From assembly GCA_002104905.1 (NCBI GenBank), contig MCFE01000533.1:1-61650 (forward strand): DNA of 61,650 bases, read 5' to 3'. Below the pieces are notes generated by a model. That model saw only the letters and a list, made by a program, of their open reading frames with translations. It was not told the DNA's origin and did no database searches. This document shows, piece by piece, positions 38,866 through 49,712 of this stretch (position 1 is its first letter; the number at the start of each line of letters is the position of its first letter). A program made the translations under genes and the position numbers. The stretch is from Basidiobolus meristosporus CBS 931.73. Its lineage: Eukaryota; Fungi; Basidiobolomycota.

Positions 38866-38906
38866 ATATGGGCAGTTGATGGAATATTTCAGTGTAAGTT
38901 CTGCTC

Positions 38907-39202
38907 CTCCGTTGGCTCTAAGCTTGGGTTCCAAGGGATGAGTGGCAGGGTAAATCTGAACATTAGGACCCATTCACACGTTTTCGCCAATACCAACTCG
39001 GTTACAGTCGAGAATGGTACAGTTGAAATTCATGTAGCTATTCTTTCCTATGTGAATGTTGTATCCCCACAGCAAAGTACCGCCAATAAAAGGGAGCCTT
39101 GAGCAAATAAATTTCCAACAAGCTTCTTACATAATCGAAAAAGAACGGGGGCTCAATGTATACTCCCAGCTAGAGCTTCTCTTTGTAGAATTTTACGGTC
39201 AT
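38907..39202 (-). pseudogene. Truncated O-acetyltransferase copy (deletion in exon 1, last exon missing)
   Basis: Exon 2 and intron 1 match copies 1 and 2. Most of exon 1 is deleted and the 3' part is replaced by LTR sequence. Confidence 0.85.
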
Positions 39203-40312
39203 AATTATGAATCATTTAATAGTGAAAGATGGGATGTGACCAGGTATTAATGAACCCATTCCTGAGTAACCAAGTATTAATAGCCCAGCTGCCGAGTTGC
39301 TGGATATTAATAGATCTACGAACAAGTATCCACATGGTGTACTTTACTCTACAATATAACCAAATCTAAGGAAGACAACTTTGTGGGTTGTGGATAATTC
39401 CAAGCACGCCCAGCCATGCAATAATTCCTATACCTAGGTTAGCAATAGCCTGTGCATTCCCCAACGAATACTAATTACGAATACTAATTGCAGGTTGGAC
39501 TACAATAAATGTGAAAATCTCTGAGTACTCATCATATTCATATAATTCCGCTGATATAGCTATATGGATATCAAATACGATCTCAATGACACCAAAGAAT
39601 ACGTCAATGTGGAAATAGCCGAAATCATATGCAACTCATAGATTGAACCGAACCTCACGGTGGTAACTCTAGGACGCCAATTTTATGATTACTTCCACCA
39701 AACATCCAACTAACGGTGATAAATATGAATTCACCAAGAAGCTATGGATAGAGTTGAGAGCTTTGTAATGGGTTAAGGATTTCAGCTGGGGTTGATTATC
39801 TACTGTTGCGTAATGAGGATTTCATTTGTCATGGGAGATTTGGGTGAAACACACAGATTTGCACATTGATTTGGGTTTCGTTTGGAAGAAATCGGTGTTC
39901 ATTGAATGGCTTTGGAACTCTTGCTAGTTGCACAAACCATTTTTATCTTGGATGTGGTTTTGCGAAGTGGCCGCTAAATGAGCCAATCATCACGAAATAC
40001 GCCAATGATATCATGTCCCCTGATGTAACTAATGAAACACCATTGCGAATCTTGCTGCCTCAATCACGCCCCAAATGTTAATCGGGAATATACATCTCTG
40101 TCGCACAGCTGGTTGAATCGAGGAAAACTATACGTAATTTGCATCGATGTGTATCGCGATATGCGCCTAGTACTTAGGTAATCGTTCTACAATCCATGTT
40201 TGGCTTGGTTATCCCGTTTATTATTATGTTTTGTATTGTGTGAATGTGTGTGCGTGTATATGACTGGGTGTGTTCAATGGGTCGAAATATTCATTAGATA
40301 GGCGAGTCATTG

Positions 40313-41012
40313 CTAGTCTCGGGGAATCTCTTTGATGATCTTGGCTGGCACTCCTCCTACCAGGACATAGGGTGGGACATCCTTGGTAACCACACTTCCA
40401 GCAGCCACAGTAACTCCGTCCCCAATGGTGACCCCTGGGCAAATGGTGGCACCACCGCCGATCCACACGTCGTTTCCAATCTACATTCGTGAGATATGGT
40501 TAACTCAATGCATATATTGAGCCTAAAGTTAGGTGGGTTGTACCTTGATTGGATAAGCGAGTTCTGGTCCTCCGTTGGCTCTAAGCTTGGGTTCCAAGGG
40601 ATGAGTGGCAGGGTAAATCTGGACATTAGGACCCATTAGCACGTTTTCGCCAATATCAACTCGGTTACAGTCGAGAATGGTACAGTTGAAATTCATGTAG
40701 CTATTCTTTCCTATGTGAATGTTGTATCCCTACAACAAAGTGCTGTCAATAAAAGGGAGCCTTGAACAAATAAGTTCTCAACAAGCTTCTTACATAATCG
40801 AAAAAGAACGGGGGCTCAATGTAAACTCCCTCGGAGCAAGTCCCGAGGATTTTTTTAAGGAGTTGCTGGCGTTCCTCGGAGTTTTCGGGGTCGGAGGTAT
40901 TGTACAAGCGGGCTATTTTGCGAGCTTCCAAACGGTCCTTGACTAGCTCTGGATCCGAGGCGACGTAAAGCTCTCCAGCTAGGGCCTTCTCTTTCTCGGA
41001 CTTGACGGTCAT
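40313..41012 (-). CDS. Maltose/galactoside O-acetyltransferase, copy 2
   Basis: Paralog of 37221-37912 with the same intron positions. Confidence 0.9.
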
Positions 41013-42137
41013 GGTGATGAATAGGAAATTTAGTGGTGAGAGATGGGTTGTGGCTAGGTATTAATAGTCCCATTCCTGAGTAACTTGTTACGTAAGAAAG
41101 TAAATTGTCTATAATTTGAGTAGATTTGGTTATATTGTCAAGGAAAATTCACCTAGTAAATATATATTGGTTAACCTAATAATAGGTTAATGTCCATACT
41201 TATAGCAACAAAACAGCGACAAGTTCAAGGTAAATCGAACCTTCTGTATACATGACATGATATCCAGCACTGTTGGCTGCGTGGGTTCATCTTATTAGTG
41301 GATAATATAATACTTGGAGAGATCTTAGCTACCTACTTCACTAATCATGATTCGTTAACCACTAACTACTAATCATTAGCGATTGATTGCTACACCCAGG
41401 TTAACGGAAATCCATTGCAACTGATAGTAATCCTAGCCGTAGCGTATCATTTTGGGATTGGGTCCAGCCTGCCGATTTGACGCTGGTTCGAGATGATTTT
41501 CACCAACTAAACAGAGGCTGTTATTGGCGAGGTGGTCAGGACGATCGTTTGGCTTGAAGCCCGGTTGTCTGGAGAGGGAACAATTTTGGGCGCTGGATAA
41601 GGGGCCGATAATCAACGAAAAAGACCATGCTACACGTGAATGCTCGGTATTGCATTGGGAACTAATCGGTACAGTGCTCATGGTACGCTGTCCATGATGG
41701 TAGTGTTCGGGACATCGTGAACGGGTTTATTCTTTTTCTATATTAAAATTCGGTTAGCATCACGGGGTGCCGTGTCATATAAGGCAACGGGGACGGTTGC
41801 GGTTCGAGGGTGGGAAAGCCAAGGATGTCGGGAATCATCGTGTTTCGCGGAGAAAAATACCGGGAAATCCAACGAAAACTGAAAGATTCATCCCATATAT
41901 GACATGGTGTACTCCATGGGTCAATATTGTCAAATTAGAATAAGTCATGGCCCGAAAAAGAAGTTTCTTAAATTCCAAATACCATCACAGAAGATTTCCT
42001 TGGTCGAAGTGATCGGCTTTTTTATATAGTACTCATTAAATATATCTATGTCAAACACTATTTACATAACGAAAGTAGATAAGCCAAGGAAAACAATGGA
42101 TTGTTATTCAACGCGCTAGCTAAAGTCCTCTATAAAA

Positions 42138-44613
42138 TCATCTGGTGGTATTCTGGTGTCCCCATGTGCCACTGCATACTCCTTGGGTGATGGCGGATGG
42201 TTCCTCGACATCTCGGATACTGCCGGACTGGATCAGTTGCTGATTGTACACCTGGGTGATGAGATTGTTGGCTTGATTTGAATCCACCATGATGTTTCCA
42301 AAGAGGGTGTCGAAGAAGGTGTTTCCCTCGGCTATGGGTAAATCCAGCAGATTCTGAAAGCCTGTGGAGAAATCGGTGGTGCCATCTGCAATTCGAATGT
42401 TTGGGCTGTTGAGATCAGGAATCATCTGGAAGCCATTGGGAATAAAGTTGGGCGTTAGAGTCTCATTCTCCCTGTCCTTGCTCCGACCAATTCTGCCTTC
42501 TTGAGTGGGTCGGTAGAGCGGCTGTTCAAAAGCAAACCCTACTTGAACCGCGTTTTGGTTCATCTCTTGAACAAGTGAGTTGGTGTTGGGGGAGACCGCA
42601 GCTGGCTTTTGGCCGAGTGCTACGATTCCTTTAAGGATGGCGCAATACTTCTCAGCCATGATCCACACCGACTTAAGCCGTTGAAGAACTTGATAGTGGA
42701 TTTCAAGCTTAGCCTTCGCGTCCGCTATCACCTCAGCGTTCTTGCTGGAGAACAGAGTGTGAACATGGATGGTGCCCCCGTTGAAAATGCAAAAGCAAAT
42801 GTGAGGGTAGTTGTAGCACGCCGGGAACTTGTCAAAGTCCTGAATAATCGCGCTAATGGCGTTTGCGGATGAGATGCATCTTTCTAGAGACTCTGAAGCG
42901 AAGCTAGTGGCGGCGGAATAAATGGGTTGATTCTCAACTCGATCTAGGCTTGAACGATGCAATAAGATGATGGACGTGTGGTACATTATGTGAAGTGTAC
43001 AGATAAATGCCGCTTGGGCATATCCTGTCGAGGACTTGTCTGTTAGCATGTTCGTAGTGTATTGCAGGTTTTGTGGTAACGACATCGACCATGAGGTCAG
43101 CGCTGAGTCCAAAAATGCAAATTTCGAGTCACTCTCTGCCGAGTTTTCGCGGCAATCCTTAGGGCTGTTGACAAACTGGGAGGTTTTCCCCATTAATGCT
43201 GCTAAGCGAATAAAGATCGACCAAGGGCTAGCCATGTTGTTCGAAAGGGAGGATGAAGAATAGGCGGTGTTTGTTTGATCAGCTATTTCCAGTAGCTGGC
43301 CCGGTACTGGTCTCCCATTCTCCCAGTCAGAATCAAAGCTTGGGAGGAGGACCCGGCTATCATGCTCATCGATAGCCATCGGGCGGCCGGTACCTGTGCT
43401 ACCAATTCGATCTCTAATAAAGCAAGACCACCACAATCGCCGCTGGGTTTCCACCTCCACCCAGTCGGCTGAAGACTGGCCAGGTATGTTCCCGTTCTCA
43501 TCGATGCGATTGATACCTAGCTCCTGGGCCATTCTACAGCACAATAACGTAAGTCGGGATCCCGGATGCAAAAGATCGCAAGCTCGCTTACCTGATTGCC
43601 ATTCCTAGATACATCCATGCTCTCGGGTAACGTGCGTTCATGTATTCGTAATACGACACAATCAGCAACGCTTCGGTGGTGAATACACTGGGGCCATCGA
43701 GACACTTCAGGAGGATATTTCGGAAGCGGTTCGAGAATATCTCGCCACTTCGAATAATGGGATCGGCCAGGATGCCTGGATGGTTTGAGAAGCGGGAGAC
43801 GCAGGCGCATATACTCAGGATCAGGATGGGTGGAATCTCGCCGTTCTTGAATTTGGTAAAAAACGTGGGTTTGTGGATAAAGGGCATGTGTGGATGGATC
43901 GTGCTAAAGTAAACCGTCAGTAAATGCTCGGTAATTTCGGTCGGAGGGAGGGAGGTTGCTCCCAAGATGTGATTGTCACTTGAGTGTTGCTTTGGTGAAG
44001 GGGTTCCTTCATTTCCATTGTTAGGTGCAAGGGCGCTAAGACCAGATGTGTTTCCTAGATAAGAGTGTGACCAAACTTGCTCAACCTTCTCCCGTATTGT
44101 TTCCTCCTCGCCTTGTGAGCTACCACTTAAGGAACGACTAGTCGGCTTGCTTGCTTGACAAGGTGGAGTTGCTGTACTTTCTCTGGCCTTGCCGCCTTGG
44201 GACGTGTTGTTATGTGATATAAACAAATTTTCTGGGTTGTTTGAGACTCTTGGGAGATTTCTTAAATAACTGGACGAGTGTCTTGCTGTAGCCACGGGTC
44301 TTAGACTAACTGACTGTATAGTTCCATTCATCTTCAGAGGATTCGAGAAGCCAGCATTGACAGCTCCTCGGTAGCCTGGGTGTCCGCTTGACTTAACTTT
44401 GGCTTCATCAGATTGCCCTTGTCTAGGTCCACGTTTTTTTAGGCTGGGTAAATATGTACAATCAACTTTGAGTCGTGCACAGTTCGAACAGCCTGTACGA
44501 TCTCCGTCACATTTAATCTTCTTCTTTCGACAAGTGTCACAGGCCTGTGTAAGACGCTTTCTTTTGGTGGGTTTTGAAAGCTCGGGTGCCTCAGTGGAGT
44601 TAATCGCACTCAT
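42138..44613 (-). CDS. Zn(II)2Cys6 transcription factor with fungal-specific TF (Fungal_trans) middle domain
   Basis: ACDTCRKKKIKCDGDRTGCSNCARLKVDCTY, YFSTIHPHMPFIHK, AWMYLGMAIR, intron, MAQELG, ETQRRLWWSCFIRDR. Confidence 0.93.
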
Positions 44614-45811
44614 ACTTATAGTAGTGGTAGGTTAGATAGATAGATAGTTCTACCAAACTGAGGACCAAGGAACAAATGACAAGTCACAGAACGGAGAAGC
44701 TCCGAAATAGAAGCACTGAAGAGTTAAAGAAGCAAAAGACCTATTGTCCAAAATAAAGCACCGATCCCATGATCAGTGACAGTTTAATTTAATGACCACT
44801 TTGAGGTAACCTCGGGATTTGGGGGCATACTTCCTCTCAGCTTCCTTTCAGCTATACACATCAACACAAATAAAAAACCATGTAGTAAATTAGAATCGTA
44901 TTGGTAAAGATGGTATTGATTTTCGATGATGGTAGGCCCGATTTGAGACATCGCTATCGACTTACCTAATTAGGACTAGTCAATTTATCCGGAACAACAA
45001 TCCATGAGAACCTTGAAAACTATAGTGTTTCTCATGGTATGATACATCAGTCCATATTCCGTAACAATGCATTCCAGATCATAATTGCAATTCAATCAGT
45101 AGGCATAAGGCTAGCTTGCATCATCGGATCTCTTATAAAGCTGATTATATTTTCCACATCCGAGGTTATTATTAGATGTAGGAAACTCCATCATTTATGC
45201 AACTAGAAATAACTGTGTGGCACAAGCCAACATGCGAATATTTCTTCATGCTTCAAGGAGCTGACCACCAAACACATGAACCCTGTGTAAATTAAACATC
45301 TACGTAGCTGTTACACGCGGTGCATAGTGACCTTTGTAGCTCAAATCGGGGTGTATCTTATTTGCTACATACGTGGTGGAAATTGGAGAAAAATGCGTTT
45401 TTCCTTTTGAAACTTCTGATGGATACCATTCTTTGAAGAAGACCTGCAAAAATCCAACTCTGCTATAGCCTGCAGCTCTCAAAAAATCAGATTAGAGATC
45501 GTGATGATATATAGCAGTTGGCCCCTGCTAGCCCTCTGTAAATTCTTCTATAAGAATATCCCAAATGCTAATTTCCTGTAACAACAGTTGTAGACATTCT
45601 GTTGTAACTATTTAGTTTACACCTAAACCACTCATATAACATAAGAGTCTACTTTGCTTATTGCTAAGTTTTGAATTATTTACCCAAGATTTAGATCGTT
45701 AGATATTAGCTAATTCTTAGAATTAGTGAAGGTCTGGAGGTTATAGATATTTTCTGACTTGTCCAAAAGCCCTCAAGCTTTAATCACAGCTTCCTATGAT
45801 TTTCTCTAAAG

Positions 45812-46158
45812 TGTTGTAAGAGTCGTGGAGATATTGGAAGTGATTTGGAGAGCAAGTAGATTATTTGGTTTTTACTTAATGATTTATTGAATGTAAATGT
45901 AGTACTTATACTTTTACATGGTTTTAGCAAATAGCGCGTAGAATATGCTTAGAAGGATCTCAAGAACATGTGTGCAAAGCTTGGGGCAGTTTGGACAGCT
46001 TTGAGAATTTTCATGTTCTGGATACTTGATGTTTTGTTGAACATATTCTAAGTAAGTCCGGGCAAGGAGTTTGGTCAGTATTCTCTAAGACTTGTAGGTA
46101 ATGCTCCAAGTGACTAATCTAGGCCAACATTTAAGTGTAATTACAGATTTTTACAAAA
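45812..46158. mobile_element. Solo Ty1/copia LTR with 5-bp target-site duplication
   Basis: TGTTGTAAG...TTTTTACAA(A)A termini, flanked on both sides by TAAAG (45807-45811 and 46159-46163). Homologous to the LTR at 53372-53700. Confidence 0.85.
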
Positions 46159-47510
46159 TAAAGCACTACTGTCATTAGCACTACAAAGCTCCCTTAAAAG
46201 TATAAATACTTTATTTGAGCTCAATTTAAAAACAAGTAAATATCATGCAACTTTTCTAGTTCACCAAATCCCTCCCAATAGTCCCCATAATCTTGCAACA
46301 CATTACAGAGTCATAACTCAGGGCTCATAACTTATTGTAAGTATTTGGCAGAAATGGGGAGAAATAAGAGGTTTTCTGGCTTCAGTCTAATGGTATGTTG
46401 AATATAAACAGAGTATTTACTTACCTAACTTAAGAAGGGTCCGAAGTATGTGTAATGAGGTCTTAAAAGCGTGTATGCAAAGCTACATTGCCTTTGGATG
46501 GCCTTATGGTATATAATAATTTGGAGATAAGTATACCCGGTAGACCCAGACAGCCTATGAGCGGCTTACCATCTGAATTACAATTTCTGGGCAGTTCAGA
46601 ACTTCAATAGTAAGTTAGGCACAATATAACCAAGGATCCATTGCAAAAGGGTAGGCCAACAAGCAAATAATCCATTATAGCTATTTGTCTGTTGGCAGGA
46701 ATCTGATTACATGTCATATAGCTTGAAACCCATCTGCACTAGAGAAATATCCAATAGATAAAAGCCTCTGCAGGCCATTTCTCATGTACATTGTTCTAAG
46801 ATTATTAGTTATATTATGTAATAAGTTTATAAATTTACGGAGTTCCTTTACTCAGCTAATAAACGTGTTGCTGAAAGGCGTGTGCTAAGTTTGGTGGCTA
46901 TAATAATTTTCAGCACTTTGTGTGCTTGCACAGCACTTCGGAATTAAGCTAATTCCAGAGGTTAACTTGTTGCATATTTGTACAGAATAATGCCGAGGGA
47001 TTTTCACCATTCTCAAAACGCCACCGAATACGAAACAGCATGTGATAATCCCACTTCTAGATTGTGATTATGGAGAGCTTCCACCTGATGACTTTGAAAT
47101 CATGATCATCCCGATACCAGGTACCAAATACAAACAAAAAAAAGAAAATCGCCTGTTATTTACCACTCATAATTACCTAATCTGAAGATTTTTACCATTT
47201 ACAAGGCAGGCAATCGGGTTGATGCCGGGCTACCTTAAATTAGGGTTTATTGTATTGGCATTGTTATGATATAAATACCATATTTATATATATGACGAAT
47301 GGAAGCCCGATTTTTGATAGAACGATGGCCGTTTCCTTCCCAACTATGGAGAAAAAATGATACTGTTTCCAGTTTATGGGTTTGGTTTAATTGGAATTCC
47401 GGCACGGCTCCGAGCCGACCCTCCGATAGTATATAAATATGGCTCTCGGTAAGACGAATCTTCATAATCCTCCTTAAGTTTTCTAATTAGATAACTTTAA
47501 TTCCAATACC

Positions 47511-48941
47511 ATGACAAACACTACAGTAATGCAAGAAAAAGATCGGGGCCAACAGCTTAACGAATCGTTGCCCCAACTACAACGACAGGAGACTGTCGAA
47601 GAGCTTCAGGAGAGAAGCAGAAGACTCAAGCTGTCATTCAAACAACTGTTTCCGGATTACATTGTATTGCCGCACTTGATCACAAAATCCTTGGTTTTGG
47701 TTGGATTTGTTATCTTCTTGGTTACTCTCTGCTATCAGTGGATATACGCCGGCTTTCTCTGGAACCCATTGGGCCGTATTTCTCATCTAGAAGTGGCATT
47801 AGTAAATCAAGACAAGGGTTTCGATTTGTCCAACACTCCCGCTCAAATGCAGCAACTGGTCGCTGGGCTATTTGGTGGCGCTTCTGCCGGAGCAATGCTG
47901 ACAAGTACCATCATGAACCCTGAGCTTCCCTTGAACCATGTGTTTACCTGGAGCAACTTGCCCGAAGTCGGTTCTAGAGAGGAGGCCATTGATGTGGTAA
48001 ACCATGGCGATTACTGGGCAATGTTGTATATCCCTTCCAACTTCTCTCAAAACTTCCTCTCCGCCACTAGCTCTGCCGATCGTAAACCATGGGAGGTAGA
48101 GTGGATCTTCGACCAAGGAAGAAACTACAACACGCAAAGCTTTCTTCGTCAGGCCAGGACCATTGCCTTCGACACGTTTTCCTCCTCCTTAGCCAAGCAA
48201 TTCCTAACAAGCAAGGCTGGCTCGGTCATGCTCCAGACTTTCGATCCTACTTTCTGGGTGGACTTTTTCCAAATCCACGAGACGATTCTTCACCCAGTTC
48301 ATGCGTACGGGTCCAACTTTGCATCCTACGTGACCTTCATAGTCTCATACATAGGCTGCCTTCTGACCGTCACCATAGTCAGCAAGTTCTTACGTATGCG
48401 TGAGGTTTCAAGATCTTGGAGATTCCCAGCTGTGAGAGTGGTGTTGGCCTGGGGAATGTTGTCGGCTATCTTGACCTTGTTCCAAACCATTTCCATCCTG
48501 ATCCCATCCTTCGCACTGAGGAACCATCAGTTTGATTGGAAAAATGCCGGCTATGCTATCGCCTTTGTCTGGTACACAAGCTTCGCCTTCCTCAATATCC
48601 TGTTCTTGATGGTTCACCTTTTGACCGCGGAAGGCTTCCAGGTCCCCGGAACGCTCTTTTTGGTTCTACAGCTAACTACCAGTGGCGGAATCGTCAGTAA
48701 CACACTCCAACCTGGAATTGCCAAGGTGGGCGTTGCCTTTCCAATGTATTACGGTGTTCGCGGACTCCGCAGTATCTTCTACGGTTCTCTGACACATAAA
48801 ATGTGGATCAACTGGCTAGTCATCACCGGATGGATCGTTGTTCCTGGAGTCATTTCAATGTTCTGGGCTAGATACAAGATCAAGCAAATAAGAAACGAGG
48901 GCAGTGATCAGGGTCGCTCCGATGTGCGTAGCGTTGTTTAG
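47511..48941 (+). CDS. DUF3533 / YhgE-Pip-like multi-pass membrane protein (Sng1-like), intronless
   Basis: N-terminal TM followed by LWNP...LEVALVNQDKG, a lumenal domain, five to six TMs, and FPMYYGVRGLRSIFYG. TATAAATA upstream. Confidence 0.75.
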   Translation: MTNTTVMQEKDRGQQLNESLPQLQRQETVEELQERSRRLKLSFKQLFPDYIVLPHLITKSLVLVGFVIFLVTLCYQWIYAGFLWNPLGRISHLEVALVNQDKGFDLSNTPAQMQQLVAGLFGGASAGAMLTSTIMNPELPLNHVFTWSNLPEVGSREEAIDVVNHGDYWAMLYIPSNFSQNFLSATSSADRKPWEVEWIFDQGRNYNTQSFLRQARTIAFDTFSSSLAKQFLTSKAGSVMLQTFDPTFWVDFFQIHETILHPVHAYGSNFASYVTFIVSYIGCLLTVTIVSKFLRMREVSRSWRFPAVRVVLAWGMLSAILTLFQTISILIPSFALRNHQFDWKNAGYAIAFVWYTSFAFLNILFLMVHLLTAEGFQVPGTLFLVLQLTTSGGIVSNTLQPGIAKVGVAFPMYYGVRGLRSIFYGSLTHKMWINWLVITGWIVVPGVISMFWARYKIKQIRNEGSDQGRSDVRSVV

Positions 48942-49384
48942 ATGATTCCCCGCCATTACTTGTAATAATAATCTCCATTGTAAAATTTCTCACCATAATA
49001 AATCTTCACATGATTTTCACAAATTAAACTAAATGCGGTAGCTATCACGGTATGTGCGGATTGGGTAAATTTGCCCCAAACGTTGGATCGGATCTTACCT
49101 CCAGTATGCATCCCAATTAATAGTTGTATGGTTACGCATATGCCCAAATTAAGATTCAATCTCAGTCGCTCAATAAACGTTGTTTACTCGAGAGGGATAT
49201 AATTGGGTAGATGGGGTCATCCGAGGCGAATATAAAGAAAGCATGTACGTTGTCCTTGCATATACTGAGCGGTGACAAGTGGCCATATTAGGTTCGCACA
49301 TAGTGAGTTCTCTAAAATTTGTACACTATGATTTAAATAGCTAAGCTATGAGAATACCACGTGTAACTATGAAATTTACGATAT

Positions 49385-49622
49385 ACCCACTCAACTAATA
49401 ATTCATATTAACTAGGCCTAATTCTGGTCTAAGATATTCAAGTTTATCTCTAGCTAATGGTTTTATGTACATATCCGCAATCATTTCATCTTCAGCACAG
49501 TGAGCTAGGTTAACCAAGTAGTCTTCTATGGATGAAACAATGCATAATACCTATGTGCTTAGCTCTAACTTAGAAAGCTGGATTTCTACCAAATTGAACA
49601 TATTCTTGCCTATCCTGAAACA
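49385..49622 (-). mobile_element. Degenerate Ty1/copia RNase H 3' fragment
   Basis: Aligns with 53701-53945 (PPT CCCACTCA plus RNase H end). Cut off at the junction with LINE A. Confidence 0.7.
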
Positions 49623-49712
49623 CAGTAGGGGAGGGAAAGTCACCAAGTTGGTGAAATCTTTATTTGAGTTAAGAACTAATCCAAGTACAAATAAAGAAGC
49701 CAATTAAGAGGT

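Noticed and set aside
41433-41681. 82-aa minus-strand ORF
   Set aside because: No recognisable motif, clear promoter or splice support.
46300-46900. Possible copia RT remnant (a CRWVF-like stretch on the minus strand)
   Set aside because: Too degenerate to support boundaries or identity by eye.
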